Of a stretch of 64,000 nucleotides of DNA, positions 8,558 to 17,975 are shown piece after piece (positions within the stretch are counted from its first letter, which is position 1; each line of letters begins with the position of its first letter). The notes under the pieces are model-generated. The model was not told the origin of the DNA. It was given only the letters and a program-made list of their open reading frames with translations, and searched no databases. The translations under genes were made by a program, and so were the position numbers. Origin of the DNA: Lachnospiraceae bacterium (GTDB taxonomy: Bacteria > Bacillota_I > Bacilli_A > RFN20 > CAG-826); the NCBI GenBank assembly GCA_963657245.1, contig CAVKLJ010000007.1, positions 6,519 through 70,518 on the forward strand, written 5' to 3'.

Positions 8558-10368
8558 TTCTTTTTTCTTTCGCTTAATTGTTTGTTTTTGATGTTTTTAA
8601 AGTCATTTAGGGCTTGTCCGATGTCTTGCCCTGGATCAGAAAGGCGTTTCTTCATCAATAAGTCAGTGCTTATGTCTTCCTTCCCCTCCTTAATTGCCTT
8701 TGCACAAGAGGCCATATTATCTTCGCTATAAGGCTCATATGGTAAATTGCCATCAGCAAGTTCAGAAAGCACCCTATTCATTTCATCTTTATCATTGTCG
8801 TCTGATGTCTCAATCTCATTGAATAGAACCGGTATATTGGCTATTTCGTTGTTTTTATCGACATATTCAATGATGAAACTGGCGATCTTTTCATAAACTT
8901 GATAATAGAAATTATCGATATTTTGCTCAAAATATTTGACGGCATCGATGTTTTGCAACATGTAATATAAGGTTTGTTTCTCGGCAAAGGCTAATTTTTT
9001 AACATATTTGGTCTCGGGATGGAATAATTCGAAACTTTGTTGATCTTGATAAGTAACTTCCTCTAAAGAATTATCGATAAAATCACTATTTGTTAGTTGG
9101 TTTCTTATTATTTCAGGCTCGTATCCGGTAATTTTAGAAAGTCTTACTATGTTGTTTTCCCTATCTATTCCAGGTTTCATGGAACGTAAGAAAGGAATTG
9201 AATACATTAAAACTTTCTTTTTATCTTCCGCTTTCGTTAGATGTTCCACGTTTTGGTAATAATTCATCTGGAATTGGAATGAATCAACCAATTGATTCAT
9301 GGCATTTCTAAGTGCTTCAGGGCCTGATTCTTGTAAAATATCGTCAGGATCCCTTAAATCATTAGGATTGCATACCAATCTAAAAGGCAAACCTGCTTTA
9401 TTTAACTGGAGGATTATTTTCATCATCCCTCTTTGGCCTGCAGCGTCGCCATCCAAACATAGCCTTATTTCGCAATTTAACTGCCTCAAGAGTTCTATTT
9501 GCTCCACGCTCAATGAAGTTCCCATTAAAGCTACGGCGCTTGGAATATCGGCTTTATCTAGGGCCATAACATCCATAAAACCTTCAAGAACGTAGATATA
9601 TCCGTCTGTTCTTGCTGAATTCTTGGCGTTATTGTAATTATAAAGATTTAAACTCTTTTTGAAGATTTTTGTATCTGGAGAATTAACGTATTTTGGTGAG
9701 TCATGATCATTAGGATTTATTTTCCTTGCGCTAAAACCGATGACTTGCCCATTTTTATCTTTCAAAGGGAAAATGATTCTTCCAGCGTTCGCATCGGAAT
9801 TTGAAACTGAACTTACAATACCAATTCCTTTGATTTTATCGAGACTATGGCCTTTACGTTGCAGATATTCAACAGTCTTTTTCCCATCAGTTAACGAATA
9901 ACCAATTCCGTATTTTTTGATTTCATCTTTATCGATATGTCTATTCGACAAATAGTTTTGAGCATCTTTGGCTTCAGGTGTGTTCAAACAGTATTGGTAT
10001 AGAGTTTGCAAGTCGTTAATCGTGTCAAAAAGAGGCTGTTTAACGTTGTCTACTTGTGGTTTATACGCTTCTTTTTCGAGTCTTTCATCATGGAAACCGG
10101 ATATTTCGGCGACTTTTTGAACAGCTTCTTGGTAGGAAATATTCAAATGTTTCTGAACGAATGTGATGGCGTTACCACCTGTTCCGCATACGAAGCATTT
10201 GAATATTTGCTTTTCTCTTGAAATGTTTAATGATGGGTTCTTATCATCATGAAAAGGGCAGACGGCAACGAAGCTTCTGCCCTTTTGCTGTACAGGAATA
10301 AATGCTGAAATGACCGTGACAATGTCGGTTTCTTTTAAGAGGGTTTCAATCAGATCTTTCGAGTACAT
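8554..10368 (-). CDS. dnaG: DNA primase
   Basis: Zinc ribbon CPFHDDKNPSLNIS...FKCFVCGTGGN, RNA-polymerase domain, and TOPRIM (VLEGFMDVMAL...LDGDAAGQ). Confidence 0.93.
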   Translation of the reverse strand: MYSKDLIETLLKETDIVTVISAFIPVQQKGRSFVAVCPFHDDKNPSLNISREKQIFKCFVCGTGGNAITFVQKHLNISYQEAVQKVAEISGFHDERLEKEAYKPQVDNVKQPLFDTINDLQTLYQYCLNTPEAKDAQNYLSNRHIDKDEIKKYGIGYSLTDGKKTVEYLQRKGHSLDKIKGIGIVSSVSNSDANAGRIIFPLKDKNGQVIGFSARKINPNDHDSPKYVNSPDTKIFKKSLNLYNYNNAKNSARTDGYIYVLEGFMDVMALDKADIPSAVALMGTSLSVEQIELLRQLNCEIRLCLDGDAAGQRGMMKIILQLNKAGLPFRLVCNPNDLRDPDDILQESGPEALRNAMNQLVDSFQFQMNYYQNVEHLTKAEDKKKVLMYSIPFLRSMKPGIDRENNIVRLSKITGYEPEIIRNQLTNSDFIDNSLEEVTYQDQQSFELFHPETKYVKKLAFAEKQTLYYMLQNIDAVKYFEQNIDNFYYQVYEKIASFIIEYVDKNNEIANIPVLFNEIETSDDNDKDEMNRVLSELADGNLPYEPYSEDNMASCAKAIKEGKEDISTDLLMKKRLSDPGQDIGQALNDFKNIKNKQLSERKKK

Positions 10369-10390
10369 TAAATATATTTTTTCCTATAAA

Positions 10391-11791
10391 TTAAGAGTTT
10401 AGTTTGTTTTCGATGTATGAAACTAATTCGCTTATTGGTAAACGAATTTGTTGCATGCTGTCACGATCTCTGATCGTAACGGAATTATCGGTTTCGGTGT
10501 CGAAATCGATGGTGACGCAATATGGTGTTCCGATTTCGTCTTGGCGGCGATAACGTTTGCCAATTGAGCCTGTTACATCACTTGTGCAAGCGAAATGCTT
10601 GCTAAGCAATTTGAAGACTTCATCGGACTTTGCAACTAATTTCTTTTGCAATGGCAAAATCGCGACTTTATATGGTGCTAAAGAAGGTTTGATGTGCATA
10701 ACAACACGTGTATCGCCTTTTTCTAGGGTTTCCTCATCGTAAGAATCAACCATAACCATTAACATTAAACGGTCTAAGCCCATCGAAGGTTCAATGACAT
10801 ATGGAAGATATGATTTAGCTTTTGTGCTTCCGTCTTCATCGACATATGTTTCCGTGTATGTTAAGTCTTCTTTGGAGTATTCTTGATGACGTTTTAAGTC
10901 GTAGTCTGTTCTATCGGCTACGCCAAGGATTTCGCTCCATCCTAATGTTGGGAAATCATATTCAACATCGGTTGTTGCGCGTGAATAGAAAGCCAATTCG
11001 GCTGGCTCATGATCGCGGAAATGAAGATTTTCAGCTTTGATTCCTAAAGATTCGACAAAATCTAAGCATTGTTGTTTCCAATAGGCAAACCATTCCAAAT
11101 CTGTGCCAGGTTGGCAGAAGAATTCCATTTCCATTTGTTCGAATTCTCTTGTTCTAAAGGTGAAGTTTCCTGGAGTGATTTCATTTCTGAAACTCTTACC
11201 GGCATTACAAATTCCAAATGGAAGCTTTTTTCTACAAGCTCTAGCGACGTTTTTGAAATTCATGAAGACGCCTTGAGCTGTTTCTGGTCTTAAATAAACG
11301 ACTGATGATGCGTCATCAGTAACGCCGATGTGCGTTTTGAACATCATGTTGAATTTACGAATGTTCGTGAATTCTTTTTTACCGCATGTTGGGCAAACTA
11401 TGTCGTGATCATGGATAAATTGGTCCATTTCTTCGAAGGTCATACCATCAACATCTGCGTCAGGGAACTCTTTTTTGATGAGTTCATCTGCACGATAGCG
11501 GGATTTGCAAGCCTTGCAGTCCACCATTGGATCGTTAAATGTGGAAACGTGTCCAGTTGCTTCCCAAACACGCGGATTCATCAATATGGCAGCGTCTAAA
11601 CCGACGTTATTTTGATCTTCTTGAACGAATTTTTTCCACCATGAATCTTTGATGTTCCTCTTTAATTCAGCGCCTAAAGGACCGTAATCCCATGTATTGG
11701 AAAGTCCCCCGTATATTTGTGATCCAGGGAAAACATATCCCGTTAAGATCAAATGGTTAGTAACTTTATCGAAACTAAACTTGTTTGCCAT
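10391..11791 (-). CDS. glyQS: Glycine--tRNA ligase (single-chain GlyQS type)
   Basis: GYVFPGSQIYGGLSNTWDYGPLG, FRNEITPGNFTFRTREFEQMEMEFF, RLPISEL. Start chosen at MANKFSF; the ORF-track start at 11839 adds 16 basic residues and is unlikely. Confidence 0.92.
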   Translation of the reverse strand: MANKFSFDKVTNHLILTGYVFPGSQIYGGLSNTWDYGPLGAELKRNIKDSWWKKFVQEDQNNVGLDAAILMNPRVWEATGHVSTFNDPMVDCKACKSRYRADELIKKEFPDADVDGMTFEEMDQFIHDHDIVCPTCGKKEFTNIRKFNMMFKTHIGVTDDASSVVYLRPETAQGVFMNFKNVARACRKKLPFGICNAGKSFRNEITPGNFTFRTREFEQMEMEFFCQPGTDLEWFAYWKQQCLDFVESLGIKAENLHFRDHEPAELAFYSRATTDVEYDFPTLGWSEILGVADRTDYDLKRHQEYSKEDLTYTETYVDEDGSTKAKSYLPYVIEPSMGLDRLMLMVMVDSYDEETLEKGDTRVVMHIKPSLAPYKVAILPLQKKLVAKSDEVFKLLSKHFACTSDVTGSIGKRYRRQDEIGTPYCVTIDFDTETDNSVTIRDRDSMQQIRLPISELVSYIENKLNS

Positions 11792-11887
11792 AATAATAGC
11801 TCCTCTTTTCCTGTGTCGTTTTTTATAAAAACGAACCAAAAATTAGTATACGCTAGGCATTTGCTAACGTAAACCCTCTTTGAAGGG

Positions 11888-12634
11888 TTAAACTGCCATC
11901 TTTAAGTAATCTAGGCTTCGTAGTTTTCCTCCGGTTGAATGCTCATATAAATCTGATAAAAACGACATTGCTTGTAGGCATTCCCTATTTTCAAAGGCTA
12001 CTCTAGAAACATCGCTTGGATGGCATTTGAAACAATATCTGATAATATTCAAGAAACGCGGCGTTCTTACTTGGCTTTCATAGTTAACGTGCTCTCGACA
12101 TAAAAAACCGCCATCAGTTAAAGAAATTCCGATTATATCAGTCTTTTTTTCACAAACTGAGCAAGAATCTACATTTAATCCATATCCCTCAGTTTTTAAG
12201 AATTGAGCGAGATAAATTAACGAAACCGTCAAGGAATATTTGCGATCGCCTTTAAGCAAAGGAAGAATTGCGTCTAACCAAAAATACAATTCTTTATCGT
12301 CTGTTCCTTCGACTAATTTCGAATTTAATTCGTTGATTAAGCTGTAGCAAGAATTAAGAAGAAAATCTTCTGTTGAATTAGGGTAATCTAGCAAGACTGC
12401 TTCTTTTAAAAGTTTAGATTCGCCCATTTCAAGAACCGTAATTTTTGATTTTGCAAGCAAAGAAACTGATGTTCTATTCTTTGAGGTTGCTTTCTTTGCT
12501 CCTCTTGCCGAAAACGAAATTAAGCCTTCAGCAGTCAAGAAACTAACGATATAATCGTTTTCTTTATAATCTGAGAGTCTAACTACATAGCCCTCAAAAT
12601 TAGAAGTCTTCCCCTTCATCGGCAAGCTTTCCAT
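11888..12634 (-). CDS. recO: DNA repair protein RecO
   Basis: N-terminal OB region (EGYVVRLSDYKENDYIVSFLT...FSARGAKK) and CxxC...C zinc module. It follows era as in Bacillota. The start may be the internal MKGK at 12619. Confidence 0.8.
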   Translation of the reverse strand: MESLPMKGKTSNFEGYVVRLSDYKENDYIVSFLTAEGLISFSARGAKKATSKNRTSVSLLAKSKITVLEMGESKLLKEAVLLDYPNSTEDFLLNSCYSLINELNSKLVEGTDDKELYFWLDAILPLLKGDRKYSLTVSLIYLAQFLKTEGYGLNVDSCSVCEKKTDIIGISLTDGGFLCREHVNYESQVRTPRFLNIIRYCFKCHPSDVSRVAFENRECLQAMSFLSDLYEHSTGGKLRSLDYLKMAV

Positions 12635-13499
12635 AGCCCAAAGTGGCTAATTTACGTAAATCGTTTCTCCAGCCAGGAAGGCATTCGACTTTCGTATATA
12701 GCGTGACGCGTTTACCCCACATCTTTTCGAGATTTCTTCTTGCTGTCATTGAGACTTTTTTAATCATTTCACCATTTTTTCCGATGATGATTGGCTTTTG
12801 CGTTTCTTTTTCGCAAACGATTGTGGCCTTGATTGTAACTTGGCTTTCTCTTTCTTTGTAGTTATTGATAATGATTGCACATTCGTGTGGTATTTCTTGT
12901 TTTAGGAAATGCAAAAGTTCTTCACGAATGACTTCTTTTGCCATGAAAGAGTTGTCTTTATCGGTATAAACACCCCTATCATAATAAAGTTGACCTTCAT
13001 TAAGATGTTCTTTGATCGCGTTCTTTAAATCTTTGAAACCGAAATTTGTTAATGCAGAGATTTCAATTTGCTTATATCCAGGGAATTTCTCTGAATAATG
13101 GGCTTTTGTTTTCTCCATCATCTCGGCAGTTGCTAAGTCTATTTTATTGAAAACGATCAAAATAGGTGCGTCCGTTTTAATGGATGCTAGTAAAGAATCA
13201 TCTATTGAATAGTCTTGAATGGAAGAATCGACTAAATAAACAACGACATCAACTCCAGAAAGACTTTTTCTTGCTGATTTGTTCATTTGCTTATATAAGG
13301 ATTCTTCTCCATCAAAAAGCCCTGGGGTATCAATAAAAACTATTTGGGATTCTTTTTCGTTATAAATCCCAACAATATCGTCTCTTGTCGTTTGTGCTTT
13401 AGGGGCAACAATCGATACTTTTTTTGACAAAAGAGCGTTTAATAAGGTAGATTTCCCAACATTTGGTCTACCAAGAATCGTACAAAATCCACTTTTCAT
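12600..13499 (-). CDS. era: GTPase Era
   Basis: GRPNVGKST (G1), DTPG (G3), NKID (G4) and a C-terminal KH domain (IIGKNGEMIKK). Confidence 0.93.
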   Translation of the reverse strand: MKSGFCTILGRPNVGKSTLLNALLSKKVSIVAPKAQTTRDDIVGIYNEKESQIVFIDTPGLFDGEESLYKQMNKSARKSLSGVDVVVYLVDSSIQDYSIDDSLLASIKTDAPILIVFNKIDLATAEMMEKTKAHYSEKFPGYKQIEISALTNFGFKDLKNAIKEHLNEGQLYYDRGVYTDKDNSFMAKEVIREELLHFLKQEIPHECAIIINNYKERESQVTIKATIVCEKETQKPIIIGKNGEMIKKVSMTARRNLEKMWGKRVTLYTKVECLPGWRNDLRKLATLGYGKLADEGEDF

Positions 13500-13903
13500 T
13501 ATTCCATATCCTCTTTAACAAATGCATAAGGCAATAACTCTTTGGCATTTGTTTCTTTTATGTCACCGCTTGTGTTCACGAGATAAATCGGAGCATCAAG
13601 CGGAAATAATTCTGAAATTGCTTGTCTACAAGCACCACATGGAGAAACTGCTCTAGGAGAATCGGCAGCGATTGCTAAAGCAACGAAATCGTCTTTGCCT
13701 TTTCCATGCATCATGGCGTTATAAATTGCATTTCTTTCGGCGCACATCGAAATCGGATAAGAAGAATTCTCAACGTTTGCTCCAAGATAATATTCTCCAT
13801 CCTTCGTTAAAATGGCCGCACCAACCTTGAAATTGGAATATGGGGAATAAGATAATTCCCTAGCTTTTATCGCTAAATCGATTAATTCGTTCTTGCTAAG
13901 CAT
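13499..13903 (-). CDS. cdd: Cytidine deaminase
   Basis: SYSPYSNFKVGAA...CAERNAI...PCGACRQ zinc-ligand motifs. Start chosen at MLSKNEL; the ORF-track start at 13957 lies inside ybeY. Confidence 0.9.
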   Translation of the reverse strand: MLSKNELIDLAIKARELSYSPYSNFKVGAAILTKDGEYYLGANVENSSYPISMCAERNAIYNAMMHGKGKDDFVALAIAADSPRAVSPCGACRQAISELFPLDAPIYLVNTSGDIKETNAKELLPYAFVKEDME

Positions 13904-14360
13904 TTTTATCGGCCTCCTCAAGTATTTTATCTTGTAATGGGAACATGACCGCTTCATCTTCAGGCTTCATATGGTCATAGCCAAGTAAATGTAACAATCC
14001 ATGGACAAAAAGGAAAGATAATTCTCTTTGCAAGGTGTTGCCTATTTGTTCTGCTTGTCTTTTTGCTTGAGGAAGACAAATTAATATCTCCCCTAACATT
14101 CTTGGAACTTCGGGATTTAAAATCGCATCCCTTGGGTCTTTATCATCATTAAAGGCAAAACTGATAACATCTGTCACTCTATCAACATTACGATAATCTC
14201 TGTTTATTTGATGAATCGTTTCATCGTCGACTATGGAAACGTCGATCTCGTAATTTACTTGAACGTTTAGCATTTTAAATGTGGTTTCGGCTAAGTGGTT
14301 ATAACGTTCGTCTAACCAATCGTATTCGGATCCGAAATCGTTTGTGAAATCTACTTCCAT
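13896..14360 (-). CDS. ybeY: rRNA maturation endoribonuclease YbeY
   Basis: HGLLHLLGYDH metal-binding motif; 154 aa. Confidence 0.92.
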   Translation of the reverse strand: MEVDFTNDFGSEYDWLDERYNHLAETTFKMLNVQVNYEIDVSIVDDETIHQINRDYRNVDRVTDVISFAFNDDKDPRDAILNPEVPRMLGEILICLPQAKRQAEQIGNTLQRELSFLFVHGLLHLLGYDHMKPEDEAVMFPLQDKILEEADKNA

Positions 14361-14398
14361 ACTAGAAATAATTTATCATATTTTGCTAGATTTTTCCT

Positions 14399-15598
14399 TT
14401 AAAAATCGTCTTTTGCAAAATATTCATAGAAATACATTTTCTCACGCTCTCTAATTTTGTAGCTCATTGCAAATTCAAGGATGTTTGCTAAAGCTTCGCT
14501 AACAGTATAAAGCCCGCCAAAATGGAGCAAATAATAGTTCAAAACGATATTTTCTTGATTCAAAAGAGGAACGATAGATAAAACGGCAATCAAAATGAGA
14601 CTTATAGCTTTTTCGTTTCCTAACAATGAGCCGATTTTATATCCTTCATCCGTTAAAGAACGCAAAGATTTTTTGATTTCATCCGGTTTTTCGCGCTTTA
14701 GAAATAGAAGCTTTTCCTTCTCCTCTAACGCCGTTTTCTTTTTACATATGTAGTTTCGTAGAAATAAAGATGAAACTGTGGAATAAACCGCAATCGCAGC
14801 TACGGAAATGAAAAATAAAGGGTTGTTTATGCCGAATAAAGCGATAGTCGATAACGCCATAAACAAAGACGTAACCATGGATAAATGACCATGAAAAGCC
14901 GCTTTTTTGAAAGAACAATAATGCTGGTATTGCTCTTCTAAATGATTGGAACTAAACGGAATCTTATCAATCCATTTCTCGTCGAATTTTTTCATGGATT
15001 TGATCATCAAAATGCGACTAACGATTTCAAAAATCGCACTTCCGGCTAACAAAGATAAAGAAAATATGTAGTTCGAATCGTTTTTCATTAAGTAAAAACA
15101 GCCAAACAGGCAAAGAAAAGAAATCAAGACCGATACAAACGAAGGAATCAAACTCCAAGGCGAAAATATTTTTGGTTTCTTATAAGGACATTTCCTTTTT
15201 TCAATGGACGTTATTTTACCGAATACATAATCCCATTTGCTTAGAAAAACATCCTTTTTAACCCATTGCGGTCCGAAAGCTGGATCGTAAACTAAAAGTT
15301 TGTTTTTCCTTGCCTTAGGAACATAAACTAGATGTTCTGCATTTCCCTCGCGAATTGTCGTCATCAACGGAACATTCGCCGAAAAATCGACAATTTCTCC
15401 GTTATTAACTTTAAAAAACTCTAGAGAAGCGCCTTCTTTTTTAGCTGCCAGACATAGTTCTTTCAGACTATATGGAGGATGTTTCTCAAATCGCAAATAT
15501 TTGTAATTTGCTTGTCCACTGGCTTCGATCAAAGCCATTCTTAGGCACGCCAATCCGCACCCTTTTTTGCTTTCTTGGTAAATAAATTCTCTCATCAC
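14399..15598 (-). CDS. C39-family cysteine peptidase domain fused to a 6-TM ABC-exporter-like membrane domain, with no nucleotide-binding domain
   Basis: N-terminus has YQESKKGCGLACLRM (Gln, then Cys 6 residues later) and EHLVYV...LLVYDP (His, then Asp 16 residues later), matching C39/PCAT peptidase spacing. About 6 hydrophobic helices follow. No Walker A or LSGGQ motif. Confidence 0.65.
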   Translation of the reverse strand: MMREFIYQESKKGCGLACLRMALIEASGQANYKYLRFEKHPPYSLKELCLAAKKEGASLEFFKVNNGEIVDFSANVPLMTTIREGNAEHLVYVPKARKNKLLVYDPAFGPQWVKKDVFLSKWDYVFGKITSIEKRKCPYKKPKIFSPWSLIPSFVSVLISFLCLFGCFYLMKNDSNYIFSLSLLAGSAIFEIVSRILMIKSMKKFDEKWIDKIPFSSNHLEEQYQHYCSFKKAAFHGHLSMVTSLFMALSTIALFGINNPLFFISVAAIAVYSTVSSLFLRNYICKKKTALEEKEKLLFLKREKPDEIKKSLRSLTDEGYKIGSLLGNEKAISLILIAVLSIVPLLNQENIVLNYYLLHFGGLYTVSEALANILEFAMSYKIREREKMYFYEYFAKDDF

Positions 15599-15638
15599 CT
15601 ATATAAAGACGGCGAAAATGAAAAAAGGACAAAAATAA

Positions 15639-15666
15639 AGAAAAAATCCTCGAATTAACGAGGATT
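15639..15666 (-). terminator. Rho-independent terminator after rpsU
   Basis: Minus strand reads aatcctcg-ttaatt-cgaggatt followed by ttttttc. Confidence 0.75.
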
Positions 15667-15670
15667 CTTT

Positions 15671-15847
15671 TTACCATTTCTTACGACGTGCCATCTCTGA
15701 CTTCATTTTGCGTTTTAATGAAGTAGGATAGAAGCATTCTCTTTTACGTGTTTCGAGAAGGATACCGCTCTTATTAACGTTTCTCTTCCAACGACGAACT
15801 GCATCATCGAGAGATTCGCCTTCACGGACGACTACTTTAACAGACAT
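15671..15847 (-). CDS. rpsU: 30S ribosomal protein S21
   Basis: [22 protein letters not shown]...[24 protein letters not shown]; start chosen at the internal ATG. Confidence 0.92.
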   Translation of the reverse strand: MSVKVVVREGESLDDAVRRWKRNVNKSGILLETRKRECFYPTSLKRKMKSEMARRKKW

Positions 15848-15973
15848 TGGATTCACCTTCTTCCCGCATTAAGCATAAATATTCTACATAAACATTTTGC
15901 CTTTGCAAGAAAAAACGAAGCAAAGTGATGATGAATTGTTAATAATTCTTCGAGGCTATGGTAAAATCGGCCT

Positions 15974-16927
15974 ATGAATAAAGTTGACGTCACCATTATA
16001 ATGCCCGTTTATAATAACGAGAAAACATTAAAAAGAGCGCTAGATAGTGTCTTTTCGCAAGATTTTTCAGGTTCAATCGAGTTGATATGCGCGATTGATC
16101 CTAGCACTGATTCATCTCTTGAAATACTAAGTGAATACGGCAAAAAACACGATAATCTTGTCGTTTTTGCCCCAAAAGATAGACTTGGCGCAGCTCTTTC
16201 AAGACAAAAAGCCATTGAGATGGCCAAGGGCGAATATATTTGTTTTCTCGATGCAGACGATGAATATCGACATGATTGCATCCAATCCTTTCATGATGCA
16301 ATAAAGAAATATGACGCCGATGTTGTAAATGCCGCTTTTTATGCTGTTTATAAAAACGACCGAAAAATAATATACCCATTTAGAAGAAAACGCCTTTTGA
16401 AAGGAAGAAAAATTCTCGATTCTTTCTTTATGGACGCCGTCGTCAGAGGCTTTATGTGGAATAAGATGTATCGAAAAGAACTTCTTCTATCAAAACCCCG
16501 CGTTCTTTTAGCCTCTTTCAAAGATATGTTTGAAGATAACGCCTTAAATGCTACTTTACTAGCAAAGTGCAACAAAGTCGTTTGCATATCCAAGCCAATT
16601 ATCTATTACTATAAAAACGTTTCCTCTTCTTTATCTAGTGTAAAACGCACGGATAGGACGCAAAGACACTTAGCCGTTTTTGCTATTCAAAGATATTTTT
16701 ATGAGAAAACCGGGAATTCATCGGCTTTAGAGTCTTTTAAGAAACACATTTTCAGGATGCGTATGTCGCTTAAGTTTGATAAACGCATAGATAAGAAAAA
16801 TGGTGCAAATAAAGAGTATTTTGAAAAAGTAAATGCCGAATGGAAGACATTAACAGATTTTAAAAAGCCCCTGCCTGTCGAAGGAAGGAGCTACGAAGAA
16901 CTTATAAATAGAGCTTTTATTGAATAA
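15974..16927 (+). CDS. Family 2 glycosyltransferase
   Basis: VTIIMPVYNNEKTLKRALDSVFSQ and FLDADDEY (DxD) motifs. Confidence 0.8.
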   Translation: MNKVDVTIIMPVYNNEKTLKRALDSVFSQDFSGSIELICAIDPSTDSSLEILSEYGKKHDNLVVFAPKDRLGAALSRQKAIEMAKGEYICFLDADDEYRHDCIQSFHDAIKKYDADVVNAAFYAVYKNDRKIIYPFRRKRLLKGRKILDSFFMDAVVRGFMWNKMYRKELLLSKPRVLLASFKDMFEDNALNATLLAKCNKVVCISKPIIYYYKNVSSSLSSVKRTDRTQRHLAVFAIQRYFYEKTGNSSALESFKKHIFRMRMSLKFDKRIDKKNGANKEYFEKVNAEWKTLTDFKKPLPVEGRSYEELINRAFIE

Positions 16928-16929
16928 AC

Positions 16930-17577
16930 CTATTTGTATTCTTTCATTATTTCGATTGAATGAGAGCAACCAATGCGGTTTGCACCAGCCTCAACCATAT
17001 CGTTAAAGTCTTTCAAGGTATGGATTCCACCAGCGGCTTTAACACCCATATCTTTGCCAACTGTTTCTCTCATGATTTTGACATCGTGAGCTTTTGCTCC
17101 ACCTGAGCCAAAGCCTGTAGATGTTTTAACAAAATCAGCGCCTGCTTCTTTAGCCAATTCCGATGCTTTAACGATTTCTTCATCGTTTAGATAGCAACAT
17201 TCAAGGATGACCTTTAAGAGTTTTCCGTTACACGCTTCTTTGATGGAATGAATTTCATCTCTGACATAATCATATTTTTTGTCTTTTAAGGCCGCGACAT
17301 TGATTACCATATCAACTTCATCTGCGCCCATCTTAACTGCGTCTGCAGCTTCAAAAACTTTCGATGCCGTGCTCATTTGCCCTAAAGGGAATCCGATAAC
17401 TGTGCAAACCTTAACATCGCTTCCTTCTAAAAGTTTCTTTGCCAATGGAATGAAATAAGGATTGATGCAAACGCTCATGAAGTCATATTCTTTCGCTTCG
17501 TTACAAAGCTTCGTGACTTTTTCTTCTGTGGCATTTGCCGCTAATAAAGTATGATCGAAATATTTATTTATTTTCAT
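16930..17577 (-). CDS. deoC: Deoxyribose-phosphate aldolase
   Basis: IDHTLL...[10 protein letters not shown]...DMVINV...KVILE...FVKTSTGF (Schiff-base Lys region). Confidence 0.92.
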   Translation of the reverse strand: MKINKYFDHTLLAANATEEKVTKLCNEAKEYDFMSVCINPYFIPLAKKLLEGSDVKVCTVIGFPLGQMSTASKVFEAADAVKMGADEVDMVINVAALKDKKYDYVRDEIHSIKEACNGKLLKVILECCYLNDEEIVKASELAKEAGADFVKTSTGFGSGGAKAHDVKIMRETVGKDMGVKAAGGIHTLKDFNDMVEAGANRIGCSHSIEIMKEYK

Positions 17578-17620
17578 GTTTTCACCTCGTTTTTATTTTA
17601 CTTCTGATGTGTGTTATTTT

Positions 17621-17648
17621 AAAGAAAAAGCAGCCAAATAGGCTGCTT
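17621..17648 (-). terminator. Rho-independent terminator after rpmF
   Basis: Minus strand reads aagcagcc-tattt-ggctgctt followed by tttcttt. Confidence 0.7.
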
Positions 17649-17664
17649 GTAAGAATCAAACTAA

Positions 17665-17853
17665 TTATTTGCTCTTTTCTTCTTTTGCGATGACTTGCTT
17701 TCCATCGTAATATCCGCAAGATGGGCAAACCTTGTGAGGTTGGATCATTGCACCGCAGTGTGGGCATTCAACGATTGTTGGATATTTTAAATAGAAATGA
17801 GCTCTTCTTAATCTTTTTCTTGTTTTCGAAGTTCTTCTTTGTGGTACTGCCAT
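17665..17853 (-). CDS. rpmF: 50S ribosomal protein L32
   Basis: [19 protein letters not shown]...CPHCG...CPSCGYY. Confidence 0.93.
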   Translation of the reverse strand: MAVPQRRTSKTRKRLRRAHFYLKYPTIVECPHCGAMIQPHKVCPSCGYYDGKQVIAKEEKSK

Positions 17854-17885
17854 ATCAATTAGTCTCCTTTTTCAAAGCGTGCAAT

Positions 17886-17913
17886 ATTATATGGATTGTA
17901 AAGACTGAGTCAA
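17886..17913 (-). promoter_or_regulatory. Sigma-A-type promoter for rpmF
   Basis: Minus strand reads TTGACT, a 16-nt spacer, then TATAAT, about 30 nt upstream of the GGAG RBS and ATG of rpmF. Confidence 0.6.
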
Positions 17914-17975
17914 CGTTAATTTAGACAATGTCAAAATAATTTCATATTCATTCGATTGTAACTGATGTTATTGCA

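Noticed and set aside
15599-15640. Possible leaderless or GTG start of the C39-TMD gene (TATATA box about 7 nt upstream of the GTG-ATG pair, no clear Shine-Dalgarno)
   Set aside because: This cannot be supported from sequence alone. The spacing is suggestive, but -10-like AT-rich hexamers are frequent in this genome, so it is left as an untested note.
16009-16593. Three minus-strand ORFs (81-92 aa) opposite the GT2 glycosyltransferase gene
   Set aside because: These are shadow ORFs within a well-supported CDS, with no independent coding signal. The same applies to the many 60-140-aa track ORFs inside dnaK, dnaJ, alaS, ftsK, pnp, glyQS and others.
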